NCBI GenBank assembly: GCA_964650515.1
Contig: CAZYUB010000002.1
Coordinates: forward strand, 12,708 to 76,707
Source: an uncultured Planctomycetia bacterium
GTDB lineage: Bacteria > Omnitrophota > Gorgyraeia > Pluralincolimonadales > Pluralincolimonadaceae
Length of the DNA: 64,000 nucleotides
Direction of reading: 5' to 3'
How positions within the stretch are numbered: position 1 is the first letter of the stretch; every line of letters starts with the position of its first letter. A model generated the notes under the pieces. The model made no database searches, was not told where the DNA came from, and was given only the letters and a program-made list of their open reading frames with translations. A program made the translations under genes and the position numbers. Of this stretch, positions 47,221 through 56,033 are shown in pieces.

Positions 47221-48181
47221 CCCGGTACGCCGCCGCCTGCGCAGGGATTACCATGCCGTAAGGCGCGTCGTCGCGCATGCAAAAAATGCGCTTACGGACC
47301 CTTCGCCGAAACTCATAGTCCTTACGTACCACAGGATATTGCCTGCTGCCGGGCATAACCCTTTGAATACGGCTGTGTCGGAACGCGCCTTCGTAAAGCA
47401 GGTCGAGGGCGTTGCAAGGAAGGCGGGCATAATATCGCTGTCGGATGCGGCCGACCAGCTCAGGAACGGACGCGTTAAACGGGATTTGCAGGCGGTGATA
47501 AGCTTTGACGACGGGTATTCGGATAATTACGGGACGGCCTTCCCGCTATTGAAGCGGAAGGGCCTACCGGCGGTATTCTCCGTTTCGACCGCTTATATCG
47601 GCGCAGGTCTGCCGCTTTGGGATTCCGAAGCGATAATGAGGATAATCCGCGGGAATATAGGCCGGATAGACACCGCAGGTTTCACTGCCGAGAGAAGCAT
47701 GGCGGAATCGGCGCGTTCTTTCGCTTTCAGGGTCTTCGATGAACTGAAATCGAAGGACTTCGCGGTGATAGGAAAAGTCCTCGAATTCCTGAGGGAGAAG
47801 GACCCCGGATACGGAAACGAGGAAGGGCGCTGCATGACGTGGGAACAGGTAAAGGAATTGTCCGATGCGGGCATGGAGATCGGGTCGCACGCAGTGACCC
47901 ATAGGTCCCTCGCGAGGATACCCTTCGCGGAGGCGGAGTCCGAGGTGAACGCAAGCAAGGCCGAAATAGAGAAGAGGACCGGAAGGCGCTGCGCCCATTT
48001 CGCTTTCCCGTTCGGAAGCGCAAGGGATTATAATCCGAGACTGATAGAATGCGTAAGGAAGGCCGGATACGGGACCTGCCTGCTCAATATACACGGTTAC
48101 AACAGGATGGGCGAGGGCGCTTTCGCGCTGAAGAGGACTGTCATGGAAGAGGATACGGACGTGAGGTTCATACTTGGCTGA
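47210..48181 (+). CDS. polysaccharide deacetylase (NodB-homology, CE4 family)
   Basis: 'VISFDDGYSDNYGTAFPLLKRKGLPAVFSV', 'MEIGSHAVTHRSL' are NodB motifs 1-3. GTG start. Confidence 0.65.
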   Translation: MQNNPVRRRLRRDYHAVRRVVAHAKNALTDPSPKLIVLTYHRILPAAGHNPLNTAVSERAFVKQVEGVARKAGIISLSDAADQLRNGRVKRDLQAVISFDDGYSDNYGTAFPLLKRKGLPAVFSVSTAYIGAGLPLWDSEAIMRIIRGNIGRIDTAGFTAERSMAESARSFAFRVFDELKSKDFAVIGKVLEFLREKDPGYGNEEGRCMTWEQVKELSDAGMEIGSHAVTHRSLARIPFAEAESEVNASKAEIEKRTGRRCAHFAFPFGSARDYNPRLIECVRKAGYGTCLLNIHGYNRMGEGAFALKRTVMEEDTDVRFILG

Positions 48182-49244
48182 GAATATCATGCCGGAAGTG
48201 GATGTCATAATCCTGAGCTATCTCGATTACGGGAGGCTGCAGAAATGCGCCGATTCCGTATTGGCGTCCACCTACCCGAACCTGAAACTGGTCATAGCCG
48301 ATAACGGATCGGGGCCTAACGTCATCGCTGCCGTAAAGGAGAGGTATTCAGGGAACCCTAAGGTGGCAATAATAGAGAACAGGGAGAACCTCGGTTACGC
48401 CGAGGGCAACAACGTCGCGTTGAGGGCGACCGGAGGCAAATACTGCGTGATCCTCAACAACGACGCGATAGTCGACCGTAACTGGCTCGAGCCGATGGTC
48501 GAATACCTCGACAGGAACGCGAAAGCCGGCGCGTGCCAGCCGAAGATACTCGACATAAAGGACCCGCGCAGGTTTGAGCATTCCGGCGCCGCCGGCGGGT
48601 ACCTGGACAGGTACGGTTACCCGTTCATGAGGGGAAGGCTGTTCGATACGCTCGAGAACGATGAGGGCCAGTATGACGACCACGCATCGCTCGACTGGTG
48701 CTCCGGGACCGCGTTCATGGCCAAGCGCGAAGTGCTCGAAAAGGTGGGCCTTTTCGACCCGATATATTTCATGTATGGCGAAGAGAACGACCTCTGCTGG
48801 AGGATAAAGCGCTGCGGATACGACATCGCGTTCGTGCCGAGGTCGAAGGTCTACCACGAAGGCATGGGCTCTATAGGGAAACGCCCGCTTTTCAAGCTTC
48901 ACCTTAACTACAGGAATAACATAATACTGCTCATGAAGAATTTCAGCATGACCCAGCTGGCCGTAAGGCTTCCGGTAAGGATGGCGCTGGACGCCGTTAA
49001 TATCCTGTATTTTATCGCCAGCAAGCCAATGAGCTTCAGGTTTGCCAGCATCGTATGGGCTTATTGCGAGCTTGCGATCATGCTGCCGCGGATTATCCTC
49101 GCGAGGATACGCACGCAGCGCCTGTTCCGCGAACTCGGAAGCGAAAACGCCCCGCTATACCCGATGTACCAGATAAGCGTCGTCTTCCAGTATTTCCTGA
49201 TGGGAAGGAAAAAATTCAGCCAATTGAAATTAAGGAGAGCGTAA
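48174..49244 (+). CDS. GT2 family glycosyltransferase
   Basis: 'VDVIILSYLDYGRLQKCADSVLAST...LVIADNGSG...LNNDAIV'. The start could be TTG 48174 or ATG 48189. Confidence 0.7.
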   Translation: MAENIMPEVDVIILSYLDYGRLQKCADSVLASTYPNLKLVIADNGSGPNVIAAVKERYSGNPKVAIIENRENLGYAEGNNVALRATGGKYCVILNNDAIVDRNWLEPMVEYLDRNAKAGACQPKILDIKDPRRFEHSGAAGGYLDRYGYPFMRGRLFDTLENDEGQYDDHASLDWCSGTAFMAKREVLEKVGLFDPIYFMYGEENDLCWRIKRCGYDIAFVPRSKVYHEGMGSIGKRPLFKLHLNYRNNIILLMKNFSMTQLAVRLPVRMALDAVNILYFIASKPMSFRFASIVWAYCELAIMLPRIILARIRTQRLFRELGSENAPLYPMYQISVVFQYFLMGRKKFSQLKLRRA

Positions 49245-49245
49245 T

Positions 49246-50184
49246 ATGAATACGGCCCTTTCTATCGTCATCCCCACGTATAACGAGGAAGCTTCCATCG
49301 TCAAGCTACACGCAAGGATAAAAGAAGCCCTGCGCGGCAAGGTCAAATACGAGGTCATATTCGTCGACGACGGGAGCACCGACGGGACATGCGGCATATT
49401 GGGCAGGCTGAACCGCGAGGACCCGGACGTAAAGGCCGTGAGACTCTCGAGGAATTTCGGGCACGAGATAGCGACGTCCGCGGGGCTCAAATATGCGTCG
49501 GGAGAGGCCGTAGTCGTAATGGACTCCGACCTGCAGCATCCTCCCGAGACGATAAATGAACTGTTGGAGAAAATGAAGGAAGACTATGATATCGTCTTCG
49601 CGGTAAGGCGCAACAGGGAAGCCGGATCCGCGCTTAAAAAATTCTGCTCGAAGGCCTTCTACGGCATATTGGGCAGGCTGTCGGAGGTCAAACTGCCGGA
49701 TGACGTGACGGATTTCATGATACTCAACAGGAAAGCGGTCGACGCGTTCCTGAAGCTCAAGGAGAAGAGCCGGTTCTTCAGGGCCATGGTATCGTGGATG
49801 GGCTTCAGGACGGCATTCGTGCCGTTCGAGGAGGGCAAGAGGCGCAGCGGCAGCTCGAAATACGGCCTGCGGAAGCTCGCGGGCCTTTCGGTAGACGTAG
49901 TGACCGGATATTCGATAAAACCGCTGGCGTTCGTCGCATGGACAGGGTTCATAATATCGGCGTCAAGTTTTGCGCTGCTGATTTTCTACCTGGTCAAGAC
50001 GGTATTCTACGGCGCGTCCATGCCGGGTTACGCGTCGATGATGATAACGATATTGTTCATAGGCGGCATACAGCTGCTGTCGATCGGGATAATAGGCCAG
50101 TATATCGGCAGGATTTACAAGGAGACACAGAAGAGGCCGTTATACCTAGTCGGCAGCCTTATCGGACTGGAAGAAAAGGAATGA
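49246..50184 (+). CDS. GT2 polyprenyl-phosphate glycosyltransferase (DPM1/ArnC/GtrB-like) with C-terminal TM helices
   Basis: 'LSIVIPTYNEEASI...[11 protein letters not shown]...VRLSRNFGHEIATSAGL...VVMDSDLQHPPE', then two TM helices. Confidence 0.75.
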   Translation: MNTALSIVIPTYNEEASIVKLHARIKEALRGKVKYEVIFVDDGSTDGTCGILGRLNREDPDVKAVRLSRNFGHEIATSAGLKYASGEAVVVMDSDLQHPPETINELLEKMKEDYDIVFAVRRNREAGSALKKFCSKAFYGILGRLSEVKLPDDVTDFMILNRKAVDAFLKLKEKSRFFRAMVSWMGFRTAFVPFEEGKRRSGSSKYGLRKLAGLSVDVVTGYSIKPLAFVAWTGFIISASSFALLIFYLVKTVFYGASMPGYASMMITILFIGGIQLLSIGIIGQYIGRIYKETQKRPLYLVGSLIGLEEKE

Positions 50185-51896
50185 CACGTAAGAAGGCCGC
50201 CCTGTTGTTGGCCGTCGTGCTGCTGGCGGCATTCCACATCGCCGCAAGCATCGCGCAGATGTCTAACAAGTTCGACGATGAGCCCGCCGCAGGGCCTTTC
50301 GGCGGGATACGCCTGCATTACCTGAATGTCCTCAACTTCGATTTCTCGCATGGGGTGTCAGCGCCGGCCGGCACGTCGCATATACTGGACAATTTCATCA
50401 AGTCGGCGGTCAGCGGAACGCACGGGCTCCTTGATTTTGCGCACTGGTACGCATACGCGGGCATATATGACATGCTCGGGATACCGGTGAACGAGTTCTG
50501 GCTTTTGTTCGCGCAGACCGTGGTGATGTTCTGCGGCCTCATGTTGATGGCATACGCGGTATACAGGCTCTACGATGATGCAGTAGCGGCGCTGGTATTC
50601 CTGGCGATAACGTCCCAGGCGTATGTGCAGCACTCCATCAGTTTCTATATAATACCGGCCAATACGCTATATGAGGGACTCCTACTTCTCGCGATATACT
50701 TTTACGACTGGAAGGAGAAGGGGTTTGCGCGGAAAATCCCGCTTCTCGCGATGTTATTCATAAACTCGGCCTGCGGCAACGTGATAAAACTGCCGGTATA
50801 CCTGTATTTCGCATGGGCCGCGGCGTATAAACGGGACAATTACGGGCCGGTGCGTTCGGCCAGGGAATACTTCGTAAAGAACCCCGCGAACCTGACGCTT
50901 GCGGTCCCGGTCATTGCCGCGGCCGTCGCGCACCTCTATGTATACAAGAGGATAGGAGAGAGCAATCTCGGGCTTTTGGGCTGGGTCTCGCAGAAGATAG
51001 GCATAGGAGCTCCGCTCGTTTCGAAGTTCGCAGCGATAGGAAGTTCGCTGAAGAGCATGCTGCTGTCAGGCATGTGGCAGTGGTGGGCGTTTGCAGCACT
51101 TGCGGCATTTTACGCGATAGCCGTAATGCGGGGAAAGAAACAAACACCGCTGCTGTTATTTCCCGTCGTATATTACCTGTACCTCATAAATCTCGAGCCG
51201 TATTCGGCGATGCTTCCCTATATGATTATCGCGTCTATAGCGATAGCGCAGGCCTTCAGGATGGCATCCGATAAAACACGGAATGCGGCCGCGAGGTATG
51301 TTTCAACTGCGGCAGCCGCGGTCTTCACGGCATACATACTGTCGGTCCCGGCGTCCGCGAACATGGCTTCCCTCGTCTCGCCGAGGCAACGGTCACCCAA
51401 TTACCTGAAGAGCGTCGGTTATTACCTTAGGGAGCATATGAGCAAGGATGATAAGATCGCAAGCTTGCTCGACCAGAGGGAGAACATCCTGAACGAATAT
51501 TATTACGGAAAGAACTTCTTCAAGAGCCCGGTATTCGGGAAATATATCTATGACATGAGGAACATTTCGGAGCCGCCGTCTTCAACGAACCCGGTAGCCG
51601 AAGGCGAGGCGGACATGGAATTCCCTTTTTATGTCGTATCTGCGTCGTGTTATAAAAAGGACGCGGGATATGCCTCATTTGTAGATAGGCTCGCAAAGAA
51701 ATACTCTCTCAAGAAGGTCGCCGATATCGCCTCGGGCGGCACCGTCTATGCGTCGGTGTATTCTTCGAGGCCTCTGCAATACGAGAGGTTAGAGGCCGAG
51801 AATGCCAATGGGAAATTTGACAGGAAATACGCAAATTTAAAGAAACTGTTCTACAACAGGCATGTCGGCGTAGCCTCGACATGGGGGTTCTATTGA
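50181..51896 (+). CDS. polytopic GT-C fold membrane glycosyltransferase candidate (PMT_2/ArnT-like)
   Basis: ATGA overlap start at 50181 'MTRKKAALLLAVVLL'; the track start 49794 is an upstream extension. At least 11 TM helices and a C-terminal soluble ~150-aa tail. Confidence 0.5.
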   Translation: MTRKKAALLLAVVLLAAFHIAASIAQMSNKFDDEPAAGPFGGIRLHYLNVLNFDFSHGVSAPAGTSHILDNFIKSAVSGTHGLLDFAHWYAYAGIYDMLGIPVNEFWLLFAQTVVMFCGLMLMAYAVYRLYDDAVAALVFLAITSQAYVQHSISFYIIPANTLYEGLLLLAIYFYDWKEKGFARKIPLLAMLFINSACGNVIKLPVYLYFAWAAAYKRDNYGPVRSAREYFVKNPANLTLAVPVIAAAVAHLYVYKRIGESNLGLLGWVSQKIGIGAPLVSKFAAIGSSLKSMLLSGMWQWWAFAALAAFYAIAVMRGKKQTPLLLFPVVYYLYLINLEPYSAMLPYMIIASIAIAQAFRMASDKTRNAAARYVSTAAAAVFTAYILSVPASANMASLVSPRQRSPNYLKSVGYYLREHMSKDDKIASLLDQRENILNEYYYGKNFFKSPVFGKYIYDMRNISEPPSSTNPVAEGEADMEFPFYVVSASCYKKDAGYASFVDRLAKKYSLKKVADIASGGTVYASVYSSRPLQYERLEAENANGKFDRKYANLKKLFYNRHVGVASTWGFY

Positions 51897-51897
51897 T

Positions 51898-52842
51898 ATG
51901 GCCCTGATAAGCGTAGTCATACCTACATACAACAGGGCCGGTTACCTCAAGCAAGCGGTAGACAGCGTCCTCGCGCAGACGCATAAGGATATCGAAGTGA
52001 TCGTCGTGGATGACAGTTCCACCGACAGGACAGGGAGCGTGGCCGCATCGTTCGGCGGGAAGATCAGGTATATCCTGCAGGACAACCGCGAGCGCGGGGC
52101 GGCAAGGAACAGGGGAATAAAGGATTCGAAAGGGGAGTATGTCGCATTCCTCGATTCCGACGACCTTTGGCTGCCGGCGCACCTTGAGTCGTGCCTGTGC
52201 GCGTGCGAGTCGTCGGGAGCGGAGGTCTCCTATTCGGGCTCATACCTTATAGACGAGTCCGGCGGGACCATAGGAAAGCTTGAGGCGTCATCGTTCGGGA
52301 AAGACCCGCTGCGGGAGATGGTCGCAGGTTATTCGTCGCGCGGATGCAACGCCTCGTCCTGCCTTATTAAGAAGAGCGCGTTCGGGAAGGCGGGCTATTT
52401 CAGCGAGAGGAGGGAACTCTCCGGCTCGGAGGATTGGGAGATGTGGGCAAGGCTTGCGTCATGCTGCCGGATGGCCTTTACGGGGGATTATACGGCGAAG
52501 GTCAGGTTCCATCCGGGCAAATCATCGATAGTCCCCGAGAGGATGGCCGGGTCTATGAAGCTTGCGCTGGATATGGCCTTCGGGAACGAAATGCTCGCGC
52601 CGAGGATAGCAGACCTGAAAGGAAAAGCATATTCGCGCCTGTATACGGTGACCGCCATCAATTATTATGCCGCCGGAAGGATGAAGGACGCAAGGCGATA
52701 TCTTGCGCTCGCATTGCGGAGCCGGCCGGTTGCGTTAGCCGAGGACCTTCTCCTGGCATATACGTTCCTTAGGAGTTTCCTCGGCGCGCGCGCGGCATCG
52801 GCGCTCAGGAACGCGAAATGGGGGATGGGCAAGCGGGCATGA
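51898..52842 (+). CDS. GT2 family glycosyltransferase
   Basis: 'ISVVIPTYNRAGYLKQAVDSVLAQT...VIVVDDSSTDRT...FLDSDD'. Confidence 0.75.
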   Translation: MALISVVIPTYNRAGYLKQAVDSVLAQTHKDIEVIVVDDSSTDRTGSVAASFGGKIRYILQDNRERGAARNRGIKDSKGEYVAFLDSDDLWLPAHLESCLCACESSGAEVSYSGSYLIDESGGTIGKLEASSFGKDPLREMVAGYSSRGCNASSCLIKKSAFGKAGYFSERRELSGSEDWEMWARLASCCRMAFTGDYTAKVRFHPGKSSIVPERMAGSMKLALDMAFGNEMLAPRIADLKGKAYSRLYTVTAINYYAAGRMKDARRYLALALRSRPVALAEDLLLAYTFLRSFLGARAASALRNAKWGMGKRA

Positions 52843-54077
52843 AGGTCCTTTTCATAACATATAACGGCGCGACCGAACCTCTGATAAGGTCCCAGGGCAT
52901 ACCATACCTGAAGGGCCTATCAAAGAGAGGCGTCGGATGCGCGATAATGAGCTTCGAGAAATCGCGGCCTGACGCGGCGTCCGGGCGGCTTGAGGATGAG
53001 TTAAAGGCATCGGGCATTATATGGAAGAAGCTAAGATACCATAAAAGCCCCTCGCTTCCGGCCACGGTATTTGATATACTTACCGGTATTGCCGCAGGCG
53101 TAAAACTGGCGATATCCCATAAGGCGGACATTATACATGCGCGGGCGACGGTCCCGGCCGTGATGGCGTATGCCATTGCCTCGATCACGCGGAAGAAGTT
53201 CGTGTATGACGAGAGGGGCCTCATGGCGGAGGAATACGCCGACGGCGGGATCTGGAAGAGGGACGGCCTCGTATACAGGGCCGTACGGCGTATCGAGAAA
53301 TATCTTCTGTTGAAAGCCGACGCCGTCGTGGTCCTTACGGAGAACATAAGGAAATTCCTCGTCGACGGGGATTACCTCGGCGGCGGTGTCAAGGGGCTTA
53401 ACATACACGTGATACCGTGCTGTGTTGACCTGGAAAAGTTCAAAAGCCCCGATGCGGAAAAACAGGCACTAAGGGATAGGATAGCCCCCGGTTTCGGCGG
53501 CAGGTTCATGTTCATTTATACCGGCTCCATAGGCACGTGGTACATGCCGGCAGAAATGCTTGATTTCATTGCAGCGGCCAAGGAAGAGATACCCGGCGCA
53601 TGCATGATGTTCGTAACGCATATAGACAGGGAAGCTGTCATCAGGGAGAGGGATAAAAAGGGCCTTACGGCCTCGGACGTTATAGTTACGGGCGCCGAAT
53701 ATGACAGGATGCCGGAATACCTGTGCGCAGCCGATGCGGGCATGTTCTTCATCAAGCCCGTCCTGTCGAAGAGGTCTTCATGCCCTATAAAGTTCGCTGA
53801 ATACCTTTCGTGCGGGCTGCCAGTGGTCATAAACTCCGGCATAGGCGATACAGCGCGGACGGTGGAGGAGAACTCCGCCGGTGCCGTCGTAAAGGGTTTC
53901 AGCAGACTCGAATACAAGGAAGCCGCGCGCAGGATAGCCTCGATAGCGGCCGAGGGCCCGGAGGCATCGAAGCGCTGCCGCAACGCGGCCGAGAGCGGTT
54001 TTTCGCTCGGTTCGGGAGTGGAAAAATATATGGATGTTTACGATAGCGTGTTTAAAACGAAGAAAGGGAATAAATGA
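52839..54077 (+). CDS. GT4 (GT-B, group 1) glycosyltransferase
   Basis: ATGA overlap start 'MKVLFITYN'; C-terminal 'KFAEYLSCGLPVVINSGIGD' EX7E-like motif. Confidence 0.65.
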   Translation: MKVLFITYNGATEPLIRSQGIPYLKGLSKRGVGCAIMSFEKSRPDAASGRLEDELKASGIIWKKLRYHKSPSLPATVFDILTGIAAGVKLAISHKADIIHARATVPAVMAYAIASITRKKFVYDERGLMAEEYADGGIWKRDGLVYRAVRRIEKYLLLKADAVVVLTENIRKFLVDGDYLGGGVKGLNIHVIPCCVDLEKFKSPDAEKQALRDRIAPGFGGRFMFIYTGSIGTWYMPAEMLDFIAAAKEEIPGACMMFVTHIDREAVIRERDKKGLTASDVIVTGAEYDRMPEYLCAADAGMFFIKPVLSKRSSCPIKFAEYLSCGLPVVINSGIGDTARTVEENSAGAVVKGFSRLEYKEAARRIASIAAEGPEASKRCRNAAESGFSLGSGVEKYMDVYDSVFKTKKGNK

Positions 54078-54952
54078 TGAAAAAGAAAGCCATGGTCACA
54101 GGAGCGAACGGGATGCTGGCGGACGCATTATGCCCGCTGCTCATAAAGAACGGTTATGAGCTCATACTCACCGATATTTCGGGTGAAGAAGGGATAACGA
54201 AGTGCGATATCAGGGACATAAACGGCATGTTATCCGTTGTGAAGGAGGTGCGTCCCGAAATAATTTTCCATCTCGCCGCCGAGACCGACGTAGACAAGTG
54301 CGAGCTCCAGCCCGAGCATGCCTACGCGACGAACTGGCAGGGGACGGAGAATATCGCGCAGATATGCAAGGAACTGGATATCGCGATGGTATACATAAGC
54401 ACGGGCGCAGTATTTGACGGCGAGAAGGAAGGCGGGTATAAGGAGACAGACAAGCCCAACCCGATAAGCATATACGGCATGAGCAAGCTCAAGGGCGAGG
54501 AATCCGTCCGGTCGCTGCTTAAGAGGTACTTTATCGTGCGCGCCGGATGGATGATAGGCGGGCACAACAAGGACAAGAAATTCGTGTGGAAGATAGTCCA
54601 GCTGCTGAACACCAAGAAGGAGATATCAGTCGTCACGGACAAAACGGGAAGCCCGACGTTCACTACGGATTTCTCGCAGGGCATAGTCGACATAGTAAAG
54701 AGCGGGAAATACGGGCTCTACCACTGCGTGAATAAAGGAATATGCACGCGGTATGACATAGCCGTAAAGATCGCAGAATACCTCGGCAGGAAGGATGTCG
54801 TGATAAAGCCGGTAACATCGGACGCTTTCCCCCTTCCCGCGCCAAGGGGCAAGTCCGAGGCGATGCTGAACAGCAACCTCTCGAAGCTCGGTCTCGACAA
54901 GACAAGGCCGTGGCAGGACGCGCTTAAGGAGTACCTGAAAGCCATAAAATGA
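54074..54952 (+). CDS. RmlD-like NDP-4-keto-6-deoxyhexose reductase (second copy)
   Basis: 'AMVTGANGMLADAL', 'VYISTGAVFDGEKEGGYKETD', 'YGMSKLKGEE' YxxxK. Confidence 0.65.
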   Translation: MMKKKAMVTGANGMLADALCPLLIKNGYELILTDISGEEGITKCDIRDINGMLSVVKEVRPEIIFHLAAETDVDKCELQPEHAYATNWQGTENIAQICKELDIAMVYISTGAVFDGEKEGGYKETDKPNPISIYGMSKLKGEESVRSLLKRYFIVRAGWMIGGHNKDKKFVWKIVQLLNTKKEISVVTDKTGSPTFTTDFSQGIVDIVKSGKYGLYHCVNKGICTRYDIAVKIAEYLGRKDVVIKPVTSDAFPLPAPRGKSEAMLNSNLSKLGLDKTRPWQDALKEYLKAIK

Positions 54953-56031
54953 AAGTCCTGTTCCTGGAACCGTATCCTACGGAAGGGCCCAGCAGCAGGT
55001 ACAGGGTAGAGCAGTATATACCGTACCTGAGGCAGAACGGCATAGACTGCGAAGTCAGGCCGTTCGTCAGTTCCCCGTTTTACAGGATACTGTACAAGAA
55101 GGGGATGTATCTCAGGAAGCTCGCGTATTTCGCGGCCTGCGCGTTCAGGAGGATATCCGACCTGTTTGCAGCGTTCTCGTCCGATGCGGTATTCATACAC
55201 CTCGAGGCGTTCCCGTTCGGCCCGCCGGCCATAGAATGGCTTCTTGCCGTGACGGGCAAGAAGATAATATACGACCTCGACGACGCGATATACCTGGGCG
55301 CGGCGAGCAGTACGAACAGTTTTTTGAAGGGGCTGAAATGCCCGTGGAAGATACCGAAGATAATAGCGATGAGCAGGCGCGTAATAACCTGCAACGAATA
55401 TCTTGCGGAATACGCATCAAAGTATAATAAGGAAGTGACGGTCATACATACATCTGTCGACACGGAGAAATTTAGGCCTTCAGGGCGGTCCGGCGACAAC
55501 CTGATAACAATAGGGTGGATAGGAAGCCATAGCACCGCGAAATATCTCGAGTCCCTGAAAGGCGTTTTTGAAGAGCTCGTGAAAAGGGGTTTCAGGTTCA
55601 GGTTGAAGATCATAGGCGCATCGGGCAGGATCACGGAAGTGCCGGGAGTCGAGGTCATATATAAGGATTGGAACTTGAAGGATGAGATAGCCGAGTTCCA
55701 GTCGATAGATATCGGCGTCTATCCTCTTACGGATGACGAATGGACCGCAGGCAAGACGGGGTTCAAGACGATACAGTATATGAGCGTCGGCATACCGTGC
55801 GTCGCCTCAAACGCGAGCCCGAACAGGGTGATAATAGAGGAAGGCAGGAACGGTTTTCTCGCGAGGGACTCGGGAGAATGGGTCGAGAAACTGTCGAAGC
55901 TTATCGGGGATGCCGGCCTGAGGCAAAGGATAGGCGAAGCCGGCCGCAGGACCGTCCTGGAAAGGTATTCGCTCGAGGTCAACGCTCCTAAGATAATGGC
56001 GATAATCAAGAAAACGGGGGCAGAGAGGTAA
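54949..56031 (+). CDS. GT4 (GT-B, group 1) glycosyltransferase
   Basis: 'MKVLFLEPYP...'; C-terminal 'IQYMSVGIPCVASNASPNRVIIEEGRNGFLA' is the GT4 signature. Confidence 0.7.
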   Translation: MKVLFLEPYPTEGPSSRYRVEQYIPYLRQNGIDCEVRPFVSSPFYRILYKKGMYLRKLAYFAACAFRRISDLFAAFSSDAVFIHLEAFPFGPPAIEWLLAVTGKKIIYDLDDAIYLGAASSTNSFLKGLKCPWKIPKIIAMSRRVITCNEYLAEYASKYNKEVTVIHTSVDTEKFRPSGRSGDNLITIGWIGSHSTAKYLESLKGVFEELVKRGFRFRLKIIGASGRITEVPGVEVIYKDWNLKDEIAEFQSIDIGVYPLTDDEWTAGKTGFKTIQYMSVGIPCVASNASPNRVIIEEGRNGFLARDSGEWVEKLSKLIGDAGLRQRIGEAGRRTVLERYSLEVNAPKIMAIIKKTGAER

Positions 56032-56033
56032 AC

